From the NCBI GenBank assembly GCA_964016885.1, contig OZ024743.1:61752001-61816000 (forward strand): a stretch of DNA of 64,000 nucleotides, written 5' to 3'. Of the stretch, positions 13,206 to 26,700 are shown one piece after another (the stretch's first letter is position 1; the number at the start of each line of letters is the position of its first letter). The position numbers were made by a program, and so were the translations under genes. Under the pieces are notes generated by a model. The model had not been told where the DNA came from. It saw only the letters and a program-made list of their open reading frames with translations, and ran no database searches. This DNA comes from Eledone cirrhosa (taxonomy: Eukaryota).

Positions 13206-16139
13206 CGTCGTTGGATGCTGATGGTGTAAATTTTCCTGAACAAAACATAAATGCAATTTTAATTCCTTAAAGATAGACTGTAATTTTCAAGAAACATTAA
13301 AACAAAGACAAGAATAAAATGTGGACACCAGCTGTTTTTAAATGAAAATAACTGGGGCTTAAAATATTGTTTAATCTGCTGTAAGTTGTTATTTAATTCA
13401 ATTAAACTCTCACAGAAATTAGTATAACGAAAGACTAACTATAATACAGAGGTGCACTCACATTCAGCCCCAGATGAATCGTGAAGCAAAATAAGCACGT
13501 GCTTCAGGCACCTTGTGAATGGTGGGGGCCGCCATAGTTTTCTGCTGTTTTAATTTATTTTTTTTTGTTTTGTTTTTTCCAGTGGTATATTTACCATTGT
13601 GCATATTGTACAGCAAGGCGCTGAATTGGTAGAGTCGATAGAACGTCGGGTAGAATGCTTGGCAGTATTCATTCAGGATCTCTCCGCTTTGATTTCAAAT
13701 CCCATCGAAGCCAAATTTGCCTGTCATCCTTTCGAGGTCGATAACGTACCAGTCTAGTGCTGGAGCTGATTCTCTCTCTCTCTTTCTCCCCCCCCCTCTC
13801 TCTCTCTCTCACTTTCTCTCTCTCTCAGAAATCGGTTGCGTTTGCCATGGAGAGGGTTGAACGCTGCCAGATTTAAATTCTCAAGACAACGCCCCTACTA
13901 TCATGCATAAAGTACAGTGTGAAGCTAAGCTAAACATAAACTGCTAAAAACGTGGATTTGATTCTTTTGTCCCTAGTTATAAGTATATGATTTACTTATA
14001 TGCTTACTGCTATTTAGTGTTAAATAAATAATACAAAAGAAAAGTATATAACATATTTGTGGAGTTGTTCCAGAAGATGTCCTGAAAGAAAAGTGTATTT
14101 TTCAATATATTAATTTATATTTTGGTTCATGAATAAGCGATAAATTGAAGAGCTTTGTTTTGAGCCTCCAAATCTATCGATGTTGTAGTTTAGAATATGT
14201 TGTCAATGCAAGGGTATTTATTTGTCCGTCGATATGTTTATATTCTATATTGTTTTGCATTATTATTGTACCACCCTTTATGTTCTGAGTTCAAATCTAA
14301 CCGATGTCAATTTGTTTACCTCCTTCGAGATCGATAAACATAAGTATTGGATCGATTTAATTGACTCCTCTACCACCTAAAATTGCTAACATTTCTTCAT
14401 AATTTGAAACTCTAATTTTACATTTAGCATTTGTGTTAATGTCTAATCATTTCGATAATGGATGAGTCGAGAAGGGCACCGTTGTTCGGATTGATATAGT
14501 CGGCCTTAATCCTGCCCCCTCACAATATAGGACCTAAACGCATCGATGCACAACTACATCTATATAGTCAGTATATTGAACACTACACAGCAGCATCGGT
14601 AGATTATTTGAATGCTAAACACACAGCTCTACAAATCCATACTGCAACTATACATATGAAAAGCCCTCATCTTGTCGTTTTAGCGGCTAAATTTAGACAA
14701 ATTGCACTCTACAGTCTTGAGATAAAAACGAAGGACACGTTGGATAACATAGTCCAATGTACACCAAATGGTGTAATGGTTATGACTAGAACACATGACT
14801 ACAATGCCGTGCGTATTGGACCTCCATCGGTTCTCACGATGAGTAACAATGGTTTGCTCAAGGGAACGTCTGCTCGTGACGACTGCGCATTCCTCATAAG
14901 TACTCTTAACTTAGGGAGATTTGATGTGACATAGTATGAAACAAGGCAGGAAGGATATTGGGTAAAAATGAGGTACCCGTTTAGAGAAATATAATCGTTG
15001 GTTAAGTGTTAAGTGCACTAGTTTATCTGCTGGTGGTTAGTTTAATCCCTAGTTTTATGTATCTATAGACATACTTTAGCTTAAGCTAAACAAACAAGCT
15101 ACATTATAAACAATATGAGGATATACCGGACATAGATAAGCGAATAAAAACAAGCTACTCCTGAGGTTTGAATAAATAGTTTAGTTTGAGATTCCGAGAA
15201 TATTACTAAATAGGCGAAAGGGTACAACAACCTAAACGTTGTGACTACAACAACCAAGTTAACGACAATAGTCCGAATAAATCAATGTATAATAATGGTT
15301 TCTGATTTAGGCAAAAGGCCAGCAATTTATTTGTGTGGGGAGGAGAAAGTCGATTAAATCGACCATGGTGTATTACTGGTGCTTTATTTTATCGGCCTCG
15401 TAAGGATGAAAAGCAAAGCTAACCTCGGCAGGATTTGAACTCAAAATGTAAAGGATCGTAACTCTATGCTACAAAGAACGTTGTCCAACACTGTACCGAT
15501 ACTGCCAATCCACCACCCATTAAAAATAATTGTTTCTAATTTTGGCACAAGGCCAGCAATTTCAAGGGATAAAAAAGTCGATTAAATCGACCCAATGCGT
15601 TACTGGTACTTTATTTTTCGACCTCATAAATATAAACAACAAAGCTAACCTCGGTGGAATTGCAACACAGAACGTAAAGGGCCGTACCTCTATGCTGCAA
15701 AGCATGTTGTTCAACGCCGTACCGATACTGCCAATCCACTGCCCTTTAAAATATTAATGTATAATCATAAACACAAATCTCGTTAGAATTTTATTGGACT
15801 TAGACACAATGCCATATTTATCATAGACATTAACATGCAGTTCAATTAGTTATAGACGAAACAGAGAGACGTGCTGTCCCCTGAAATACCAACAAAACTT
15901 TTTACAATATTACATGCAACTAAATAAAAGAAATATGTCTTTTCTGTGCGGTTATTTCATCTATTTTACTTTAAAAACTGTTTAGAGTAACACCACCACT
16001 AAGAGTCAAATCAACAACAGTAACAACCTCAGTAGCAACACCAGCTACATCACCATCCTTAACTATTTACACCATCAACACCATCCACATGACTTACATT
16101 CCTACAATCAGAAACAGTTATATTATCACTAACTGACTG

Positions 16140-16830
16140 GCTAGTGGAACGGTTCGACAAGCACCGTCAGGCATGTTTCGCTCGGCTTCCCAACCCCACT
16201 GTGGAGCCTGGATCAACGCAGTTCCCTCACTTACGATTGGCACTGACTTGGAGAGTGACTGCTTGCGCATTGGTGTTTCCCTGAGGCTCGATCTCCGCGT
16301 CTGTGTGCCTCAAAATTACCTCTGCGGTACCATTGGAGATCCTTTTGGTCCCCATCCACCTTGCTGGCCACCCCCAAGCTATACTGCTCTAAACGGGATC
16401 ATAAAGCATGGCCTGGACGACGCAGGTTTCCCTTCCCAGCTCAAACCAGCAGGGCTGAACCGAGGGGACGGCATAACAATCTTCCCGTTCCTCAGGGGTA
16501 GGCCCTTCATCTGGGATGCCACATGCTGTGGCACCTATTCATGTGGAAACCTGGTGCGTTCGTCTACCAGCCCAGGCTTTGCTGCCCGCAAAGCCGGCGA
16601 AGGCAAACTCTGATAGGTTTTTGCTAGAGCTTGTAGCAGTGAAGACTTCCGGCGTTCTTGCCACGGGACCTCATCCCTACTCACTGCTATCGGAACAACA
16701 GAGTTGGACCGCCCGTAGGTGCGAGCTCCGCGAGGTGGTGTGACTGTTTCAGCTCGTCTCCCTCGCCGTCCTTCGGGGCAATGCATTCTCTATCGTGTCA
16801 GCCGGGATCCAGAGACGGGAGGGTAGGAGG
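16140..16830 (+). mobile_element. CRE-clade non-LTR retrotransposon 3' relic (Zn knuckle and restriction-like endonuclease region)
   Basis: GAWINAVPS..G..L...LRIGVSLRL..C...LNGIIK..L..AGFPSQLKPAGLNRGDG..ITIFPF..GRPFIWDATC..AARKAGEGK, then ELVAVKTSG, matching the CRE C-terminal layout as I recall it. Confidence 0.75.
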
Positions 16831-16944
16831 TTACTCGTTTGGACGTCACTTTCACACATGTATTGAGTGCTTTTTTGAACCCATTCATTTCATATAATAA
16901 ACTATTACAGTAGTTATGAAAAACATTATAAACGAACAATTTTC

Positions 16945-17160
16945 AACACCGCTACCAAATTCAACAGTACCATCCCCATTTCCACTATCACCACCAACAA
17001 CACCGCTACCAAATTCAACAGTACCATCCCCATTTCCACTATCACCAACAACAACGCCGTCACTATCATCAACAGCAACGCCGTCACTATCACCAACAGC
17101 AACGCCGTCACTATCAACAACAGCAACGCTATCACTATCAACAACTGCAACATCGCCAAC
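16945..17160 (+). repeat. 51-bp duplication plus 21-bp repeats, in frame, S/T/P-rich
   Basis: TPLPNSTVPSPFPLSP twice, then four TPSLS(S/P/T)TA-like units in ORF 16916-17218. Confidence 0.8.
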
Positions 17161-17367
17161 ATTAACAGTAGAGCCAATCGTTCCAATATTGAGGAAATGT
17201 CAATGCAGTAACCAGTAACTGGAAGTAGAAGTCGATATAGTTTTCTCAAGCGGAAGTAATATAAAATACTCCATTTCCTGCCTAATGCTATGTCACCGTT
17301 TGACACTTTACTAAAGTACTCAACTTCACTCCAGCCCCCCAGCTTAAACCTACGCCAACGGATAAAG

Positions 17368-17405
<38 letters not shown>

Positions 17406-17759
17406 TGCGTGGCTTAGGGGTTACTGGTGAGATCACAATCAAATGATCGTAAGTTCGATTTCCTGACTGGGTATCACAGGGAATCTTGAGCAAGGCACGT
17501 CATTCAACATTTTCTCCATTCTACTTAAAGCAACGTAAAAAAAACTCTCCTATGTAATATTTTGTATCACAATTTCTAAACGAAATTGAGACAATGTGCT
17601 TTCCAAGCGGTAGTTACTAACATTAACATTGTTCATAGTGAAAACGTTTATTATGGCTACGTGTTGTGAATATTTGTTTTCAAAAATAGAAAAGGAACAG
17701 GTCATTTTCATAGAACTAAATGAAAGCTGCTGTTCATATATAAGTGCCATGTTGAAGGT

Positions 17760-18516
17760 ATCTTTTGATCGAATAAGGAAGAATAGCAAAACTGAGAGAG
17801 ACTAGACAGCATTTTTATAAAGAGTTCTAATGAAAAATTTATTTTTAAAAGAGATTTTAAAGAAAAGTATTTCTTATGCATGCGTGTGAAAGAAAGTGAA
17901 GCATAAATCGAAAGTGAATTTATTAAAATGTAATTAGTTGCTGCTATACGAATTTTAAGTTTAGAAAATGTCGAATTGTTTTTTTGACATTAGCTTCTGA
18001 TCGTATAAAAGGCATGGCCAACAATATCCAAGTATATTTGAATCAAACACTATCAGAATATGTTTCGTTCTATAATTATAGATGAGACAAGATACACTAA
18101 ATTTGCTACATTTGTATATGACACAATGGAAAACTTATTGTCCACTTAATCGAAGTATGGGACAGCCAGAGGTGAAGACGTTCTTCTTAGAACAAATCCC
18201 CAATAGATTAATGCGATATACGAAGTGATCGTTGCTACCGAGGCCTGGTTGGAGGGCCAACTTTCTTAGTTCTTTTTACAAGTCTTTGAAAAACTGAAGG
18301 ACCGCTGCAATAAGTGTGTAGATCTGAGAGGAGAATATGTTGAATACAATCATTAAAAGTAGAAACAATTATTAACTGATCCTTCGGTATTTTCTTTTAC
18401 CCAAAGCCAGGAACTTTTCAGCACCCTCTCATACCCATAAACAATTCTAGTAGAATATATAGAGTGCCTTATCTATTGTTATGACCTTTTGCATTAGCCG
18501 ACTACATTTTCAAATA

Positions 18517-18573
<57 letters not shown>

Positions 18574-18980
18574 TATGTTTTAATGAAGAAAGATTGGAAC
18601 ATCGTCATTTGGGTCTTACTTCAATAGTATATCATTGTTATTTTATTCGCCAACATTTGTGTGTACATTTTAAAGATTGTGAGTAGTTAGAAATATATTA
18701 GCCTAATAAAGTTATTGAACAAAGGGGAACAGACAGGAATTTGGAAATACTTCGAGGAGCAGTTTGGTAATTTATATTGTACTATTCGAATGTTCCTTGC
18801 AAAGGGCACACGTTCAGGTGCTTCTGAGATGAAAGATAAACTGAAACTTCTTATGGATGTTAATGTTAATCCACTGATTCCAATATCCGAACCTAGTGCA
18901 CCACCTTCGAAGATAAAACAAATTATCTACAGAATAATACCCTCTTTACTTTGTTTCATTAAATATAAAGCTTAGTCTCT
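17760..18980 (+). mobile_element. Highly decayed hAT (Charlie/Buster/GTF2IRD2-like) transposase, interrupted by a mariner fragment and (TA)n
   Basis: Collinear motif relics: DRIKGMANNIQ, IIDET..T.FATFV, GTARGEDV, YHCYFIRQHLC (HCxxHQxxLC), EEQFGNLYCTIRMFLAKG (GDLLxxxxVRWLSKG). Confidence 0.65.
18220..18432 (+). mobile_element. Mariner 3' end fragment
   Basis: EVIVATEAWLEGQ..FF...EKLKDRCNKCVDLRGEYVE, then TIR-like gccaggaacttttcagcaccc. Confidence 0.8.
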
Positions 18981-19224
18981 AGACAGGATGAAAACAAGAT
19001 ATCCTAAAATAGAACTGCATTATTTGTGTGTCTAGCTGAGGATTAGTGCAAATAGAAATGTTGATAAAAGACAACACATGCATACATATATGCATTACTG
19101 TGCATACAAGCATATGCACATTCCTCTATGTATATATCTGGCATAATTACATATACGAGATATATACATGCAGGGATGCACAAATCTTATACCTTCTCCA
19201 CCCATGCACTATTTTATCAGGATC

Positions 19225-19395
<171 letters not shown>

Positions 19396-20242
19396 TTAAA
19401 AGCGCACATTTATTCATTTCTAGTCTCACACACTCATACACTAACACATGCTTAAACCTAGACATTCACATAAATGTTTTTAGAGATAAACACACTGTCT
19501 GTTTTATGGATGTTTAACATACATACATACATACATTAGTGTGTGGGAGTATATACGCCTTTATAATTAGCAGAAGAGAAAAGAAATAACTAAATCAGTT
19601 AATTGGAAAGAAACATGTTTAATTTTTTTGTTATCAAAATGTTTAATCTTGTACTGAGAATATAAATATATAATCTTTCCCCCTCCATTGTTATAGTCAT
19701 TATTTCTAGCCAAGGAACAAGAGGTCTATTGCTACACAGCCTTATTTGAAAGTGTTCTCACTCCTCTTGTTTCCAAAATCCTTCATAAACCAACACCTCT
19801 CTCTCTTGCCTTTTTCTCTTTCTCCTTCTCTCTCCCTCTCTCCCTCTCTCGCTCTCGCTTTCTCTCCCTCTCTCTCTCTCTTTCCTTTTTCTTTTACATA
19901 CACATATGTACTTCTGTGTCCGTGTATGTCTACCTGTGTCTGGCTACTTCGGTTTCTCTCTGTAACCTTGTTTGTCGTTTCTTTTGTTGTCACTATCGTT
20001 TGTTTATCTATGTGTCTGTCTACTTATAGATTTGTCTCCCAATATGTGTCTATCTACCCATGTGTCTGTCTAACTTTCCGCTTGTTTACCTATGTCTTCC
20101 CTTGCGTTTATCTTCTTCTGTGCCTGTCTGTCCATGAGCCCGGTCTGCATAAGTGTACTCTCTGCATCGATGTCTCTCTACCTCTATGTCTCTCGACTTA
20201 TATGTCTGTTTGTATCTTTCTGATTGTCTCTGTCTTTGATTG

Positions 20243-22106
20243 CACCGTGTAACATATTTTTTGTTCATTTCATGGTTTGTTATATCCCATCATTATAAAA
20301 AAAACACTATTATTTAATCAGAAGTTTGGGTTTGTGGTCAGGAGTTTGATATTTCGAAATTTTCATATTTTTCAAGAAAAAACACATTTTTTAAAAATTT
20401 ATCAGTTCATATAATTAAATCAACAGAGTATATATTTATTTTATTACACAAGCTTATCAAAAGTAAACAAGTAAAAACAAATAACACTTATAAAGAAACT
20501 TATACACGTCAGCTTATTCCACATCTTCGTGGAATCGTTCGCCTCGTTCTTCTGAGTAGGCGCCCATATTGTCCTTGAATTTTTCCAGGTGAGCGTCCAG
20601 CATATGGAATTTAAGCAACATCATGCATCCCATGGCGCCAAAAGCCTTTATCAGATCCTACACCAGTTGCTGGTAGTTTTCAGCTCTGTAGTTGCCCAGG
20701 AAGCCCTTAACAACTGCCTTGAAACATTTCCATGCTTTTCTCTCAATCCTATTGAGCTTATTGGAGAACTCGGTAGACTCAAACACCTTCTTTATCTGAG
20801 GTCCAATAAAAATTCCACCTTTGATTTTGGCCTCAGATAACTTTGGGAAGAACTCAAGAAGGTACTTAAAAGCGGCTGATTCTTGGTTGAGAGCCTTCAC
20901 AAACTGCTTTATCAACCCCAACTTAATGTGCAGTGGCGGCATGAGTACAATCCTGGGATCAACCAGTGGCTCCCACATGACGTTCCGGGTCCCAACTACA
21001 AATTCTGTTCGCTGCTCCCAGTTCTTTCTTTTGTAGTGGTCAGAGGTAGCCCTGCTGTCCCAAAGGCAGAGCAAGCATTGGAATTTGATAAAGCCTCCTT
21101 GGAGTCCAAGCAGGAAAGCCACCATCTTGAAGTCTCCAATGATTTCCGAATTGTACTGGTTGTATTGCAGAGCTTCCAAGAGGACTTTCACACTGTAGTA
21201 ATCTTCCTTCAGGCAGACTGAATGAGCTAGGGGCAGTGTCGGGAACTTGTTTCCATTGTGGAGGAGGGCAGCCTTCAAACTTGTGGTGGAGCTATCTATA
21301 AATACCCACCACTCCTTGGGCACAAACGGCATCCCAATAACGTCAAACAGTCCAGGCACGTCATGGCAGAAGCAGAGGCCATCCCTAAGAGTGTAAAAGC
21401 CTGAGAAAGGTTCGTGTCGACTTCTCTGACTTGTCACCTGCACTTCCTCCTCGACCAAGTTCCACTGCTTCATCCTGGAGACGAATAGCTCTGCATTGGA
21501 CTTGGTCAGACCCATATCCCTGATCAAGTGATTGACTTCTTTTTGGTTTGGGAAGTGAGGAACTTTTTCTGGTACCTCAGGCAGGTAATCCAAGTCCTCA
21601 GCATCCATCTCCTCCTCTTCATCAGAATACTTGTCTTGGAAAATAAATTTGATATGCAATACAAAATAAAAATTGTAAAGGGAAATACATATTTAAATAA
21701 TATAAAAGAACACTAATTATACTAAAGAAAATTCGTACTTAAAACACAACTTACCCTTTATTGAGGGTGCGAAAATCCAGTGTCAATAAATCTCTTTAAT
21801 CCACTTTTTAACAATTTTATACTTTATTGCACTTTTATAATTTTCTTTAGGTATTACTCTTTATTTTATAATTTTAATTTAACCTGAAACATATATTAAA
21901 AAAATCATTTAACATAAGCAAATTAAACTTACAACGTAAAATCCAGCAAACAAATAATTCTAGTGAATAGCTGAGAATTTTTACAAACCCAAACTTTTAA
22001 CTGTTTTATAGCACTTTTTTTTTATTTATTTAGGACCTAAGCAACACAAAAAAAGTGATTACAAGCCAGTAACAGAGAAACCATTTTTTTTTTTTGTTAC
22101 ACGGTG
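20243..22106 (-). mobile_element. Chapaev3-like (CMC) DNA transposon with 12-bp TIRs and 3-bp TTG TSD
   Basis: ttg|CACCGTGTAACA ... TGTTACACGGTG|ttg; subterminal inverted aagtttgggtttgt/acaaacccaaactt; transposase ORF inside. Confidence 0.85.
20515..21659 (-). pseudogene. Chapaev3-like transposase, N-terminally incomplete, one premature stop at about 20658
   Basis: LIRDMGLTKSNAEL, FIDSSTTSLKAALLHNGN, GDFKM, CLWDSR, PPLHIKLGL, GIFIGPQIK; past the stop it reads FHMLDAHL..F.DNMGAYSEERGERFHED. Confidence 0.85.
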
Positions 22107-22994
22107 TTGTTGTTCATTCTCGGATGATTTCTGTTTGTTTATTGACTTCGTGTTTGCTGGAAACTTCTCTGCAGAAATTGTACTTAGCGTTAGATGATGT
22201 TTCTTTAGGTCACTACACGAACAAGAATATGTTTGTGACAGAGAGATTGCCTGGTTAAGAGAGGGGGTGGAGCGAGATGCAGGGGTGGAATAGGGCATCT
22301 TATAAAGAAGCGGAAGCTGAATGTATGTAGATATGAATGTATATATGCATACACATGTGCATGTCTATACATACTTGTGATTGTCTTCTATGACATACAT
22401 GATGATAGGAACAGGAGAAAAGAGTATGTAATGTGTATTGTCGTGTTTACAGTATTTACTCTAAGCTGAAAACTTCCCTAATTGTTACTCCGAACTACAT
22501 CTTTCTGATCTGGTAGCAATTCCATCAAATCACTGGGTACGGTTTCATAGTTGGAACTACCCATTGACTAGTGTTATCCTAGTTATACTGTCTGAATAAG
22601 AGGCGGTATGTTCAATGGTTGACCACTGGTGATCATAGATCGTCTCAACCAGGAGTAATTTGAGGGCTGGAATATTGTCACATTCGGAAAAAGATGAGAA
22701 GAAATCTCATGCACGCTTTACTACAAACACACCAAGGACATTTAACTAGAGTTCATGTGTATAGAATGCGTTGTGTGTTTTAGTAGGTGGGAGTACACAT
22801 GTATGTAAATGGCGATGTGTTTGTATAAATTGTTTATGTAAGCGTTGTGTATTTCTATAGGTGCATATTTGCGCGAGCGTATATATATATGTGTGTGTTT
22901 GTATTTTTGTGTATGTGTATATGCATGTATGTATGTATATGTATGCATATGTATATGTGTATATGTATGTATATATATATATATATATATATAT

Positions 22995-25900
22995 GTCGCC
23001 TCCTCCCTTCCCCCCCCCCCCCCCACCGCTTCCCAACTCATCGTCCGCACCCCCCGCGCCCCCACCATCTACTTCCTCCCCAAACTCCACAAACCCGACA
23101 ACCCCGGCCGCCCCATCGTCTCCGCTTGCAACTGCCCCACCGAACTCATCTCCGCCTTTCTCGACTCCATCCTCGCCCCCCTTGTAACCACCCTCCCCTC
23201 CCACATCTCCGATACCAACCACGCCCTGCGCCTTTTCGACTCCTTCACCTACCACCCGGCCCACAGCCCTTCCTCTTCACCCTAGACATCAATTCCCTCT
23301 ATACCGTCATCCCCCACGCCGACGGCCTACGCGCCCTCAAACACTACCTCGACCTTCGCCCCTCCCCCATTCCATCCACCCCACCCTCCTTCGCCTCGCC
23401 GAGCTGGTCCTCACCCTCAATTGTTTCTCCTTCTCGGGTGAGTTTTACCAACAGGTCACGGGGGTAGCCATGGGTACAAGAATGGGCCCGAACTATGCCA
23501 ACCTTTTTGTTGGCCATGTTGAGGCCCAAATCTTTGCCCAGTACAGCGGCCCCACGCCCGAACTGTACGGTCGTTACATTGACGACTGTATCGGAGCCAC
23601 GACCCTCACCCGAGAACAGCTCGACTCCTTTCTCTCCTTCTTCTGCTCCTTCCACCCCTCCCTCCACTTCACCACCTCTATCTCCACCACCCACGTCCAC
23701 TTCTTAGACATCTCCGTCACCTTCGACCCCTCCCACCACTCCCTCGTCACCTCCGCCTTCTTCAAACCCACCGACTCCCACTCTTACCTCGACTTCACCT
23801 CTTCCCACCCACCCACACTAAACACTCCATTCCCTACTCCCAACTCCTCAGGATCCGCCGCCTCTGTAGCTGAGATGCTGACTTCGAGTCCCAGGCCCTT
23901 TCCCTAGTCAGCCATTTCATCCGCAGAGGTTACCCCCCTCTCTCGTCCACACCGCTCTCACCCGCGCCCGTGCTGTCCACCGCTCCACCACCCTCACCCC
24001 ACGTCACCGCACACCCACCCACGTCTCCCCTTCCCCATCACCTACCGCCCCTCCCACTTACCCCTCCACCGCACCATCCGCCGCCTCTTCCGACGCCTCC
24101 GGTCCGACCCCTCCACCTCCCACATCTTCCCAACCCCACCACTCCCCTCCTTCAAACGCGCACGCAATCTCCGCACCCTCCTCGTCCACAGCTCCCCCCC
24201 CCACGCCCCCCCCCCGGTTCCTTTCCCTGTTCTAGGCCCCGCTGCACACCTGTCCCCACATCACCAACACCACCACCTTCCAGGGTCCCAACGGCCACTC
24301 TCTCTCTGTCCGGCATGCCTTCCGCTGCACCTCCTCCAACCTAGTCTACGGACATCGCTGCACCGAGTGCAGCGCGACTTACGTCGGACAGACGGGACGT
24401 CGCCTGGCGGACCGATTCACTGAGCACCTCTGGGATATTCGTCTTGGTGGTAGTTCCCCCATCGCCCGCCACTTTGGTGCCCCTGGACATTCCGCACGCC
24501 ATCTCACAGTCTGTGGCCTACTCCAATGCCACGGAACACCCGCCAATCTCCTCAGAGTCGAACAAAGAACCATCTTCATCTTACAGACCCACACTCCCCC
24601 CGGTCTGAACTCCCCACCCTTATTCCTTTAGCCCTCGACCCCCCCCCCCCTCCCCCACACACATCCCCCACTAACACCACTAACACACCCCTCCTTTTCA
24701 CCGCCCACCCCACAACTAACAATACTAACACCTCTACTCCACCCCTCATCCGACCACCCTTCCCCAACTAACATACTAACATCCCTCCCTTCTTCTCCTC
24801 CCCCCTCCTTATCACACGCACACACCCACCGGCACATATATACACGCGCTCACACTAAACACACACCCTACTACCACCACTAACCCTCACCCCCCACACC
24901 TCCATCCCACCACCCCGCAACTAACATCACTAACACCCCCTGACCCCAAGCACACGAACACACGCACCCACTTACACCACCCACCCAACACGCAACTAAC
25001 ATCACTAACACCCCCCAACCCCACGTACACGTACCCACACACCCTCGTACACCACCAACTCTACACACCCTACCACCACTAACCCCCACTCACACCTACA
25101 TTCAACCCTTTCCCCACCTCCCGTATACTAACACCCACTAACACCCCCTTCATCAAACTACACACACACCAGTACACCACACTCCCTCCATCGACCCCCA
25201 CACTCTTCTCTCCCGCTCCACCCACACCCTTTCTCCACACTCACTCATCCCACTAACACCTCTACTAATACACACACACACCCTCCTCACTCCAACTTTC
25301 ACAGCTACCCATCCTCGCCCCTTTACGATTCCACCCGACTGCTGCTATGCCCTCTGACCACCTCCCAGCACAAACAGACGCACAGCACTCCCACCGCCTT
25401 GACCACTTCCTGTTGCGCGCGCACCCCACATCTCTCCTCTTCCGACCATTTCTTCATGGAATACTCGTATGTGGAACTTGACCACCGTGGAATCTACTAA
25501 CATCATAGGAGTTTACCAACATTTCAACCACATCCTCTTACGGAATCACCTATATAACTCACCCACACACACCCCAAAAAAATTTTTTTCTCCCACACGC
25601 CACCTACACCCACAACACGCTTAAACCCCACACACACGTGCTTTCCACCACATATTTACACCTTCAGCCTCCGGATTCCTCTCCCCCCCCCGACCCCTCT
25701 ATCCACACACGCACAGACACTCCGACCTACACCCCACACACACCTCTTCCTGAACATGCAACCCCGTTCTTCCCCCAACCCTTGCTTTCACATACACACA
25801 CAAACACACACACACACGTACACCTACACACACACCACCTTCAGCCCTCCCCGCTCGGACACCCCGTCTCCCTTTCCCCACTCCACCCGCCACCACCCCT

Positions 25901-26237
25901 ACACACCCCACACCCTTCCACCACCTGTTTAACCCCTTTTTAATTTCAGTTTATTTTGATCATGCTTTTATATTTATTTTTATTTCATTTCATTTTATTT
26001 TGATCATGCTTTATTTTTAATTTCATTCGCACCGTTTCCTCCCACCCCCTTTTCGCTATATGTCTCTCCACCACTCCCCTACACACCCTTTGAACTCTCT
26101 TCCCACACACTTCTCACCTGAAGAAGGGCTTATGCCCAAAACGTCGTTCCCCCACCACCACCCCACTCTCCAGAGCGTGAAATTAATAAACATTCGTTGT
26201 ACTGCCTCTCTGTTTTGTTCCTGTTCAAATTTTCCAT
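22995..26237 (+). mobile_element. 5'-truncated Penelope-like element (RT plus C-terminal GIY-YIG), very C-rich sense strand, flanked by (TA)n
   Basis: YFLPKLHK..PGRPIVS, LDINSLYTVIPH, GVAMGTRMGPNYANLF, RYIDD, FLD, KPTDSHSYL, NLVY...C..C...YVGQTGRRLADRFTEH; frameshifts; minimal HHR and AATAAA near the 3' end. Confidence 0.9.
26115..26148 (+). ncRNA. Minimal type I hammerhead motif in PLE tail, G12>A (probably inactive)
   Basis: cac CTGAAGA a gggc ttat gccc AAAAC GT C gtt. Confidence 0.7.
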
Positions 26238-26448
26238 TATATATATATATATATATATGGTGGCTGCCAACTCGTTTTCGAGTACGGCCACTACTTTATA
26301 TCCATGTAGGAGAACCCCTACCGATGCGCTGAACGAGTGTGACCCTTTAGTCCAGCCAACGACTTGAAAACTCTGCTACAAACGCTACACTTGTCACAAT
26401 TATTGACACATACATTTTCCTATATATATATATATATATATATATATA

Positions 26449-26633
26449 GGAAAATGTATAACTCCGACGGCAGAGCTCAAGTCGTTTGGATGGCTATTTC
26501 TAGAAATAGCCGTCGAAACGACTTGAGCTCTGCCGTCGAGGTTATACATTTTCCTATTACCCATTCTACTATCCTAAGTATTGAGTACTCTGGTGCGTTA
26601 TGGTCCAACTGGTTCCTTACTACACTTCCTTCG

Positions 26634-26635
<2 letters not shown>
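26449..26635. mobile_element. Inverted pair of PLE tail fragments (~106-bp hairpin) plus 3' extension, in (TA)n
   Basis: Near-perfect palindrome 26449-26554; same family as 33897-34003, 35048-35165, 37469-37614, 48693-48850. Confidence 0.7.
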
Positions 26636-26700
<65 letters not shown>

